Assembly: GCA_035502515.1 (NCBI GenBank)
Contig: DATJUH010000309.1
Span: forward strand, 9,279-33,278
DNA from: Acidimicrobiales bacterium
Lineage (GTDB): Bacteria; Actinomycetota; Acidimicrobiia; Acidimicrobiales; Palsa-688
DNA length: 24,000 bases
Reading direction: 5' to 3'
Positions 16,729 to 24,000 of this stretch are shown here, piece by piece. How positions within the stretch are numbered: position 1 is the first letter of the stretch; each line of letters opens with the position of its first letter. Position numbers and translations under genes: made by a program. The notes under the pieces are model-generated. The model was not told the origin of the DNA, did no database searches, and saw only the letters and a program-made list of their open reading frames with translations.

Positions 16729-19074
16729 ATGACGACCCAAGCGCGTCTGTCGGTCAGAGTCGAGGGCATAGTCCAGGGCGTCGGTTTCCGCCCTTTCGTC
16801 CGCAACCTGGCTGTCGGGCTGGGCTTGACCGGCTTTGTCGGGAACGACACCAAGGGCGTCTTTATCGAAGTACAGGGTGACGGCGCCCAACTGTCGGCTT
16901 TCCTGTCCGGCTTGAAGGACAAGGCGCCCCCTCTCAGTGCCGTAGAACGGATAGTCACCGGGTCGCTGCCCGTCGCTCGGACAACCGGGTTCGAGATCGT
17001 CCCCAGTGCCACGAAAGGCGAGCGCCAAACCCTGGTCTCGGCGGACACGGCGATTTGTGCGGACTGCACGGCCGAGCTCTTCGACCCCCTAAACCGCCGG
17101 TACCTGTACCCCTTTATAAATTGCACTAATTGCGGCCCTCGCTTCACGATCGTATGCAACGTGCCATACGACCGGCCCAATACGACGATGGCCGGCTTTG
17201 CCATGTGCGCCGATTGCCGGCGGGAGTACGAAGACCCGGCCGACCGCCGCTATCACGCCCAGCCCACGGCCTGCCCAAAATGCGGCCCAACCGCCGCCCT
17301 TGTAGGGCCAACAGGCGACGTCCTGGCGAGGAGCAGCGACGCTCTGGCCGCCGCGGTAGAGCGTCTCCGGGCGGACGAGGTACTTGCCGTAAAGGGCCTC
17401 GGCGGGTATCACCTGGCCGTTGCCGCCTCGTCTGAAAATGCCACCGGCCGGCTGCGGGCCCGCAAGCACCGGGTGGACAAACCGTTCGCCGTAATGGTCA
17501 ACGACCTCGACACGGCCCGGTCGTTATGCGAGCTTTCCCTTGCTGACGAACAGCTCCTGACGAGCCCGGCTCACCCCATCGTGCTGGCCCGGCGCCGGGA
17601 GGCGGCGCCGGGGGGCAGTCTCATCGCCGGCCCCGTTGCGCCCGGCAACCGGTACCTCGGGCTGATGCTCCCCTATACCCCTTTGCACGCCCTCCTTGCC
17701 GCCGGCATGGCCGAGCCATTCGTCCTTACGAGTGGGAATATCTCCGACGAGCCGATCGCTTACCGGGACCAGGACGCGTTGACGCGCTTGAACGGGATCG
17801 CCGACGCCTTCTTGGTGCACGACCGGCCCATCCACATGCGGACCGATGATTCTGTTGCCCGCAGCCTGCGGGGCCAGGGGGCTGTGCTCCGGCGGTCGCG
17901 CGGGTATGTCCCCCACCCCTTGCCGGTCCCCCACGATTTTGCCCGCCCGGTGCTGGCCTGCGGCGCCCACCTCAAGAACACGTTCTGCCTGGCCAAAGGG
18001 GGCCGGGCCTTCGTTTCCCACCATATTGGCGACCTCGAGAACTACGAGACGCTGCGCTCGTTCCGCGACGGCATCGACCACTTCTGCCGGCTGTTCGACG
18101 TCCGGCCCGAGGTTGTCGCCCACGACCTCCACCCGGACTACCTGTCGACCAAATATGCCGTCGAGCGGCAGGGCGTCGACCTCGTTGGAGTACAGCACCA
18201 CCACGCCCACGTGGCTTCGTGCCTGGCCGACAATAACGAGACCGGCCCGGCAATAGGCGTCGCTTTTGACGGCCTCGGCTACGGCGACGACGGCACCTTG
18301 TGGGGAGGCGAATTCCTCGTCGCCAACTTCTCTCACTACGAACGGGTGGGCCACCTCGTCCCCGTACCGCTCCCGGGCGGTACAGCCGCCATAAGACAGC
18401 CCTGGCGCATGGCCGCCTCGTACCTCGACCTCGCCTTCGACGGCAGGGCCCCGGCGTGGCTCGATGTTGCCCGGCGCCACGAAGACCAATGGAGCGCCGT
18501 TGTCACCCTGGCCCGCACCGGGACGGCCAGCCCCATGACCTCCAGCGCGGGGCGGCTCTTCGACGCCGTGGCTGCGATCGTCTGTGGCCGTGACGTCGTC
18601 AGCTACGAGGGCCAGGCCGCGGTCGAACTGGAGCAGCTGGCGGACCCACAAGAGCTGTCTTCTTACCACCTACCGGCTAAAGGTGAGGGTACTGTGCTCG
18701 TGCCGGGGGCAGAACTCGTCCGTCAGGTCGCCGACGACCTGAGCGCCGGTGTTGCCGGACCGGTAATAGCGGCGCGGTTCCATAACGCCGTCGCCAAGGC
18801 CATTGTTGCCGCCTGTGCCCGAGTGAGGAGTGAGCGCCCCGCCCTCGCCTCGGTCGCGTTATCGGGCGGCGTATTCCAAAATGTGCTGTTAACGGAACGG
18901 GCCGCTGAAGGTTTGGAGCGGGCCGGCTTCCGGGTGCTCTTGCATTCCCGTGTGCCCGCCAACGACGGCGGCATCAGCTTGGGGCAGGCAGTTGTCGCCG
19001 GCGCCGTCGACCGGGACGGAAAAGGCGGGCAACATCACATCTATGGCCAGGGCCGACGGGCCCCGTTGGGCTGA
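16729..19074 (+). CDS. hypF: Carbamoyltransferase HypF
   Basis: 781 aa. Acylphosphatase domain (VEGIVQGVGFRPFV); two zinc-finger repeats (CADCTAELFDPLNRRYLYPFINCTNCGPRFTI and CADCRREYEDPADRRYHAQPTACPKCGP); YrdC-like and Kae1-like domains (NDGGISLGQA near the C-terminus). Confidence 0.97.
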   Translation: MTTQARLSVRVEGIVQGVGFRPFVRNLAVGLGLTGFVGNDTKGVFIEVQGDGAQLSAFLSGLKDKAPPLSAVERIVTGSLPVARTTGFEIVPSATKGERQTLVSADTAICADCTAELFDPLNRRYLYPFINCTNCGPRFTIVCNVPYDRPNTTMAGFAMCADCRREYEDPADRRYHAQPTACPKCGPTAALVGPTGDVLARSSDALAAAVERLRADEVLAVKGLGGYHLAVAASSENATGRLRARKHRVDKPFAVMVNDLDTARSLCELSLADEQLLTSPAHPIVLARRREAAPGGSLIAGPVAPGNRYLGLMLPYTPLHALLAAGMAEPFVLTSGNISDEPIAYRDQDALTRLNGIADAFLVHDRPIHMRTDDSVARSLRGQGAVLRRSRGYVPHPLPVPHDFARPVLACGAHLKNTFCLAKGGRAFVSHHIGDLENYETLRSFRDGIDHFCRLFDVRPEVVAHDLHPDYLSTKYAVERQGVDLVGVQHHHAHVASCLADNNETGPAIGVAFDGLGYGDDGTLWGGEFLVANFSHYERVGHLVPVPLPGGTAAIRQPWRMAASYLDLAFDGRAPAWLDVARRHEDQWSAVVTLARTGTASPMTSSAGRLFDAVAAIVCGRDVVSYEGQAAVELEQLADPQELSSYHLPAKGEGTVLVPGAELVRQVADDLSAGVAGPVIAARFHNAVAKAIVAACARVRSERPALASVALSGGVFQNVLLTERAAEGLERAGFRVLLHSRVPANDGGISLGQAVVAGAVDRDGKGGQHHIYGQGRRAPLG

Positions 19075-19096
19075 GGCCAACGCCAAGGCGTGCCCG

Positions 19097-21484
19097 TCAA
19101 TACGGCCAGGTCCAGTCCCGGACCCGGGGGTCGTCGTCGCCCTCGGAGCGAGTGAAAGCCCGCGCCTTCACCCTCTCGTCCTCCATGCGCTGGCGAAGGG
19201 CCACGGCGTGCGACCCCAGCCACGGTATACGGTCGATTACGTCCATAACTAAATGAAAACGGTCCAAGTCGTTCAGCATTACCATGTCGAACGGCGTGGT
19301 CGTGGTGCCCTCTTCCTTATAGCCGCGCACGTGTATGTTGGCGTGGTTGGCCCGGCGGTAGGTGAGACGGTGGATCAGCCACGGGTAGCCGTGGTAGGCG
19401 AAAATCACCGGGCGCTCACGGGTAAAAAGGGTGTCGAACTCAGTGTCCGGCAAGCCGTGAGGGTGTTCGCTCTCTGGCTCCAGCCGCATGAGGTCGACGA
19501 CGTTGACTACGCGGACCTTGAGCGAAGGTACTTCTGCCCGCAAAATGTCAACCGCGGCCAGGGTCTCGAGCGTCGGGACGTCGCCGCAGCACGCCATCAC
19601 CACGTCTGGGTCGCCCCCGTCGTTGGACGCCCAGTCCCACGTCCCGATACCGCGAGTGCAGTGCAGGACGGCATCCTCCATCGAGAGGTAATTGAGCGAC
19701 ATTTGCTTCCCGGCCACGATCACGTTCACATAGTGGCGGCTACGCAGGCAGTGGTCCATGACGGACAACAGGCAATTGGTGTCGGGAGGCAGGTAGACCC
19801 TGATGACTTCGGCCTTCTTGTTGACGACGTGATCGATGAACCCCGGGTCCTGGTGCGAAAAACCGTTGTGGTCCTGGCGCCATACGTGGGAGGACAACAG
19901 GTAATTGAGGGAGGCCAGAGGGCGCCGCCACGGGATGTGGCTCGTGGTTTTCAGCCACTTGGCGTGCTGGTTGAACATCGAGTCGACTATGTGGATGAAC
20001 GCCTCGTAACTCGTGAAAAGGCCGTGCCGGCCCGTCAGCAGGTACCCCTCGAGCCAGCCTTGGCACTGGTGCTCGGACAACATCTCCATTACCCGGCCTT
20101 CGGGCGCCAGGTGGTCGTCCGTGCTCAAGCGTTCGCCTTCCCATTGCCGGTTGGTCACATCGAAGACCGCTTGTAGACGGTTGGAACTGACTTCGTCCGG
20201 CCCGAACAGCCGGAACTTGGTGGGATTGGCCTTCATGACGTCCCGGAGGTAGCCCCCCAAGACCCTCGTCGCTTCCGAATAGGTCCTCCCCGGAATGGCC
20301 ACCGGCACGGCGTACTCCCGGAAATCCGGTAACTGGAGGTCTTGTAGCAGCAGCCCGCCGTTCGAATGCGGGTTGGCACTCATGCGACGGTGGCTCTTGG
20401 GTGGCAGGTCCGCCAGTTCGGGCACAAGGGCACCCATGTCGTCGAACAGCTCATCCGGGTGGTAACTGCGCATCCACGATTCGAGTTGCGCCAGGTGCGC
20501 GGGGTTGGTTCGCACCTCTGCCAACGGCACCTGGTGCGCCCGCCACGTGCCTTCCGAGGGCCAACCGTCAACCATCTTGGGGCCCGTCCAACCTTTGGGC
20601 GAGCGCAGCACGATCATGGGCCACTTCGGTCGCGTCCTGTCTCCACTCTCGCGGGCAGTGCGCTGGATGGACGTGATCTGCTCGACCACCATGTCCAAGG
20701 TGGCGGCCATCAGTTGGTGCATCTCGGCCGGGTCCTCGCCTGCGACCCAGTGGACCTCGTACCCGTAGCCTTCGAGCAACGAGGTGAGTTCGTCGTGCCC
20801 GATCCTGGCCAGCACGGCCGGGTTGGCGATCTTGTAACCGTTCAAATGCAATATCGGGAGCACGGCCCCGTCGGTGGCAGGGTTTAGGAACTTGTTCGAA
20901 TGCCAGCTTGTGGCGAGCGGGCCCGTCTCCGCCTCACCGTCGCCAACTATGCAGCAAACAAGTAGGTCCGGGTTGTCAAAGGCAGCCCCGTAGGCATGTG
21001 ACAGGGCGTAGCCGAGTTCACCGCCCTCGTGTAGAGAACCCGGAGTCTCGGGCGCTACGTGCGAAGGGATACCACCGGGGAAACTGAACTGGCGGAACAG
21101 CTTGGCCATGCCGGCTTCGTCACGGGTGATATGCGGGTATACCTCGCTGTACGTCCCCTCGAGGTAGGCGTTCGCCACGGCGGCCGGGCCGCCATGGCCC
21201 GGGCCGATTACGTAGATGACGTCCAGGTCCCAGTTACGTATGACCCGGTTCATATGGGTGTAGACGAAGTTGATCCCCGGAGTCGTCCCCCAATGCCCGA
21301 GCAGCCTGGGCTTTATGTGCTCGGGTTGGAGAGGTTCTCGCAATAGAGGGTTGGCGAGGAGGTAAATCTGGCCGACCGAGAGGTAATTTGCCGCTCGCCA
21401 ATAAGCGTCGGTCAGGTGGAGCTCTCTGTCCGAAAGGGCCATGCGTTCGCCGACACCGTCGTCTTTTACCATCAACTGCGTCAT
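19097..21484 (-). CDS. xfp: Phosphoketolase (xylulose-5-P/fructose-6-P phosphoketolase)
   Basis: 795 aa, [23 protein letters not shown]...[13 protein letters not shown]...GPGHGGPA...EGGELGY. GGAG lies 6-7 nt upstream of the ATG. Confidence 0.97.
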   Translation of the reverse strand: MTQLMVKDDGVGERMALSDRELHLTDAYWRAANYLSVGQIYLLANPLLREPLQPEHIKPRLLGHWGTTPGINFVYTHMNRVIRNWDLDVIYVIGPGHGGPAAVANAYLEGTYSEVYPHITRDEAGMAKLFRQFSFPGGIPSHVAPETPGSLHEGGELGYALSHAYGAAFDNPDLLVCCIVGDGEAETGPLATSWHSNKFLNPATDGAVLPILHLNGYKIANPAVLARIGHDELTSLLEGYGYEVHWVAGEDPAEMHQLMAATLDMVVEQITSIQRTARESGDRTRPKWPMIVLRSPKGWTGPKMVDGWPSEGTWRAHQVPLAEVRTNPAHLAQLESWMRSYHPDELFDDMGALVPELADLPPKSHRRMSANPHSNGGLLLQDLQLPDFREYAVPVAIPGRTYSEATRVLGGYLRDVMKANPTKFRLFGPDEVSSNRLQAVFDVTNRQWEGERLSTDDHLAPEGRVMEMLSEHQCQGWLEGYLLTGRHGLFTSYEAFIHIVDSMFNQHAKWLKTTSHIPWRRPLASLNYLLSSHVWRQDHNGFSHQDPGFIDHVVNKKAEVIRVYLPPDTNCLLSVMDHCLRSRHYVNVIVAGKQMSLNYLSMEDAVLHCTRGIGTWDWASNDGGDPDVVMACCGDVPTLETLAAVDILRAEVPSLKVRVVNVVDLMRLEPESEHPHGLPDTEFDTLFTRERPVIFAYHGYPWLIHRLTYRRANHANIHVRGYKEEGTTTTPFDMVMLNDLDRFHLVMDVIDRIPWLGSHAVALRQRMEDERVKARAFTRSEGDDDPRVRDWTWPY

Positions 21485-21542
21485 GCTCGCTCCTTTTTCC
21501 TGACGCTGGGAGAACCCTGAGCTGCTCCCTGGTCTCGGGGCT

Positions 21543-21562
21543 GGGCCGGGCCACGCCGGCCC
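21543..21562 (-). terminator. GC-rich stem-loop at the 3' end of the GNAT-ACD gene; possible terminator or processing hairpin
   Basis: GGGCCGG-GCCACG-CCGGCCC (7-bp stem, 6-nt loop), touching the TAG stop codon by 1 nt at its edge (21562). No U-tract. Only about 55 bp remain before the xfp RBS, so xfp may be co-transcribed. Confidence 0.35.
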
Positions 21563-24000
21563 TAGCGTAAGTGGCGGGTGTCCTCCACCAGATGAGGGGC
21601 GGCCGCGGGGTCGATCCGCAAACGGGCGTCTACCACCAGCGCACCGTCAGGGGTGGCGATGACAGGGTTGCAATCGAGTTCGGCTACCTCGGGCATTTCC
21701 TCGACCAGGCGGCTCACGCGGTGCAATACCTGGACCAGGCTGTCCACATCGACCGGGGGCCGGCCGCGATAACCGCTCAGCAGAGCCGAGCCCCGCAACC
21801 CGGTCACCATTTCCGTCGCGTCTGCATCCGTGAGGGGGGCGAGCCGGGTTATGTGATCTCCCAAAGCCTCGACGGCGATACCGCCCAGGCCGAATACTAC
21901 GAGCGGCCCGAACGACGGGTCCTGGATGCCCCCGACGATGGTCTCCACCCCCCCGCCCACGATGGGCTGCAGCAAGGCACCGGTCATCTCTTCGCCAAAG
22001 GTGGCGGCCATCGACGCGTAGGCATCGGCAACGGCGTCGTGGCCGGCCAGGCCGAGTTGCACTCCCCCGCCCTCGGTCTTGTGCACCGGACCAAGGACCT
22101 TGAGAGCCACCGGGGCTCCGATCTCATCCGCCCATTTGCCCGCCTCATCGGCGCTGTGGGCCTCGACAGTGCGCACCACGGGCACACCAAAGGCAGCCAG
22201 TACGTCCATGGCCGCGGCACCGGTCACCCAACCGGGGGCCAGACCCGCTTCGGCGCCGCCGACCTCCTGGTGGGGCAGGCGCCGCCGGGCTTCGTTGACG
22301 TCGACGTCGGGCAGGGCCGGCACTGACCCGCTCGGCCGGGCCCGCCACGCCGCGTAACGCAAGGCGTGGGCCAGCGCTCTCACCGCCGTCTCGGGATAGG
22401 TGTAGCTCGGTACGGGGAACCGGGCCGACCCCAGCGTGGCCCGTTCGCTCTCCTGGCCGCTTTCATCTGCGCCCAGCAAGCTGACCACTACCGGCTTGGC
22501 CGGCCGAGGATGCTCGTCGAGGGCGTGGGCGTCGGCCGCCGCCGCGCCGCGGTCAACTGCGGCGGCAATGGCTGCAGCCACCTCGTCGGTCCGCCGGTTG
22601 ACCAGCGGGGGGGTGAAGATGACCATCACGGCATCGACTTCGTCGGAGGCAAGCAGAAGGTCGAGGACCTCCTCGTACATATGCGCGGTTGCCTCGGCGC
22701 CCAGGTCGACGGGGTTGCTGGCGCCGCCGTTGCGGGGGCAGATGTCGACGATCCGGGCTTGCAGGCCGGCCGTGAAACTGGGGACCTGGAGCCCGTTGCT
22801 CTCGCACGCGTCCACGGCCAGTACGGCCGGGCCGCCCACGTTGCTGAGCACGGCCACCCTGAGGCCCTGCGCCAGGGGCTGGCCGTCGACGATCTGGGCC
22901 ACGTCGAACAGCTCTTCGATGGTGTCCACCCGGATCACACCGGTCTGTTGGAACAAGGCGGCGACGGCGTCGTCCGAGCTGGCCAGGGCGGCCGTATGTG
23001 ACGAGGCCGCCCGCCGTCCCACCGCGCTTCGGCCGCTCTTCACGGCGATGACCGGCTTCGACCGGCTGAGGGCTCGGGCCAGGCGGGCGAACTTGCGGGC
23101 GTTGCCCAACGACTCCAGGTACAGCAGGCCGACCTTGGTGGCTTCGTCCTCGGCCCACCACGCCAGGAGGTCGTTACCGCTCACATCCGCCTTGTTGCCC
23201 ATTGAGACGAAGCTCGACAGGCCAATGCCGCGCTTCCTGGCTTCGGCCAGGATGGCAATGCCCAGTCCACCCGACTGTGAGGCAAAGCTCAGCGTGCCAC
23301 TCGGCGGGGTGTCCTTGGCGAACGTGGCGTTCATCGAAATGTCCGGGTCGGTGTTGAGCACGCCGAAGCAGTTGGGGCCGACGGCCCGCATTCCGTAGGA
23401 GTGCGCCAGCCGGGCTACTTCGCGCTCAAGGTCCGCCCCCTGGGCACCGTCTTCGGCGAAGTGCGACGACACGATCACCAGGCCGCCGACGCCTTTGCGG
23501 CCGCATTCGTCCACCACGCCGAGCACGGCCCGGGCAGGCACGGCCACAATGGCCAGGTCCACCTCGCCCGGGATGTCTGTGACGCTGGGGAAGCACGGCA
23601 GGCTGGCGATGTGAGGGGCCGTCGGGTTCACGGGGTAGACGGGGCCCTGGAACTCCCCGAACACCAGGTTGCGGACCAGTTCGTGACCGACGGTCCCGGG
23701 TGTCCTCGACGCCCCGATGACGGCGACCGAACGGGGGCGCAGCAGGCGTTGCATCGAGCGCGCCGTCGCCTTGCGGTCCCGTTCGTACAGAGCGTGGAGG
23801 GCCTCGCTCGTCGGGGAGATGTCCATCACCACCCGGATCACACCGTCTTCCAACCGGGAATGTTGGGTGAACCCGGCATCGCGGAAGACCTGCATCATCT
23901 GGGAGTTCTCGAACAGGGTGTCCGCCGCGAAGCGTTTGAACCCGTAGCGTCGCCCTTCGCTGGCCAGGTACTCCAGGAGCAACGTGCCGATACCGAACCC
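21562..24000 (-). CDS. GNAT acetyltransferase fused to an ADP-forming acyl-/acetyl-CoA synthetase (alpha+beta domains); partial, N-terminus off the right edge
   Basis: The frame stays open to position 24000: upstream of the ORF-track TTG the translation reads [12 protein letters not shown], a GNAT acetyl-CoA-binding Q/R-x-x-G-x-G/A-like loop. This is followed by a CoA-binding domain ([22 protein letters not shown]...VYPVNP...[10 protein letters not shown]...GPNCFGV), a ligase-CoA domain retaining ASSHTAALA (phospho-His position), and a C-terminal ATP-grasp domain ([16 protein letters not shown]). Confidence 0.9.
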   Translation of the reverse strand, partial: GFGIGTLLLEYLASEGRRYGFKRFAADTLFENSQMMQVFRDAGFTQHSRLEDGVIRVVMDISPTSEALHALYERDRKATARSMQRLLRPRSVAVIGASRTPGTVGHELVRNLVFGEFQGPVYPVNPTAPHIASLPCFPSVTDIPGEVDLAIVAVPARAVLGVVDECGRKGVGGLVIVSSHFAEDGAQGADLEREVARLAHSYGMRAVGPNCFGVLNTDPDISMNATFAKDTPPSGTLSFASQSGGLGIAILAEARKRGIGLSSFVSMGNKADVSGNDLLAWWAEDEATKVGLLYLESLGNARKFARLARALSRSKPVIAVKSGRSAVGRRAASSHTAALASSDDAVAALFQQTGVIRVDTIEELFDVAQIVDGQPLAQGLRVAVLSNVGGPAVLAVDACESNGLQVPSFTAGLQARIVDICPRNGGASNPVDLGAEATAHMYEEVLDLLLASDEVDAVMVIFTPPLVNRRTDEVAAAIAAAVDRGAAAADAHALDEHPRPAKPVVVSLLGADESGQESERATLGSARFPVPSYTYPETAVRALAHALRYAAWRARPSGSVPALPDVDVNEARRRLPHQEVGGAEAGLAPGWVTGAAAMDVLAAFGVPVVRTVEAHSADEAGKWADEIGAPVALKVLGPVHKTEGGGVQLGLAGHDAVADAYASMAATFGEEMTGALLQPIVGGGVETIVGGIQDPSFGPLVVFGLGGIAVEALGDHITRLAPLTDADATEMVTGLRGSALLSGYRGRPPVDVDSLVQVLHRVSRLVEEMPEVAELDCNPVIATPDGALVVDARLRIDPAAAPHLVEDTRHLR

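Noticed and set aside
19075-19096. 22-bp gap between convergent hypF and xfp containing ACGCC-AA-GGCGT.
   Set aside because: The 2-nt loop makes the hairpin sterically implausible and there is no U-tract, so I cannot call a terminator. Convergent read-through is possible but cannot be tested from sequence.
21493-21519. Near-palindrome GAGAACC...GGTCTC upstream of xfp.
   Set aside because: The arms differ by an indel, the spacer is long, and I saw no second copy in the window. Insufficient support.
1-24000. Search for CRISPR arrays, IS/transposase or integrase genes, tRNA/rRNA, toxin-antitoxin or defence-system genes, and large repeats.
   Set aside because: None seen. Essentially all coding capacity is explained by well-known metabolic and maturation genes, and intergenic regions are short (at most about 260 bp).

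Overview
Gene-dense chromosomal window with high G+C (roughly two-thirds by eye) and GC-rich third codon positions. Some starts are GTG or TTG, a style common in Actinomycetota-like genomes, but no taxon can be assigned from this window alone. I found no rRNA, tRNA, CRISPR array, transposase/IS, integrase or recognisable defence genes. The window is a coherent anaerobic/hypoxic energy-metabolism island. Left to right it contains: a partial unknown CDS (-); a universal stress protein (+); pyruvate,phosphate dikinase (-); a small single-cluster ferredoxin plus a single-polypeptide pyruvate:ferredoxin oxidoreductase (-); hypA, hoxW and a complete HoxEFUYH-type (group 3d-like) bidirectional [NiFe]-hydrogenase (transcribed hoxE-F-U-Y-H-W-hypA on the - strand); divergent hypCDEF (+); phosphoketolase (-); and a GNAT-(ADP-forming acyl-CoA synthetase) fusion running off the right edge (-). 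Several ORF-track models are over-extended at the N-terminus and were trimmed using family-typical N-termini, Shine-Dalgarno sequences and ATGA stop/start overlaps. The many long ORFs antisense to these genes are high-GC shadow ORFs. I see no clearly novel system. The points most worth a second look are: (i) PFOR-ferredoxin sitting directly downstream of the hox operon, which suggests a hard-wired pyruvate-to-H2 module; (ii) a strong GGGACT/AGTCCC dyad of the mycobacterial DosR-box type between hypA and por, and a second degenerate copy in the hoxE/hypC divergent region; (iii) absence of hypB; (iv) the GNAT-ACD fusion beside phosphoketolase; and (v) small direct repeats and palindromes in the few intergenic regions. 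All regulatory calls are hypotheses from sequence inspection only.
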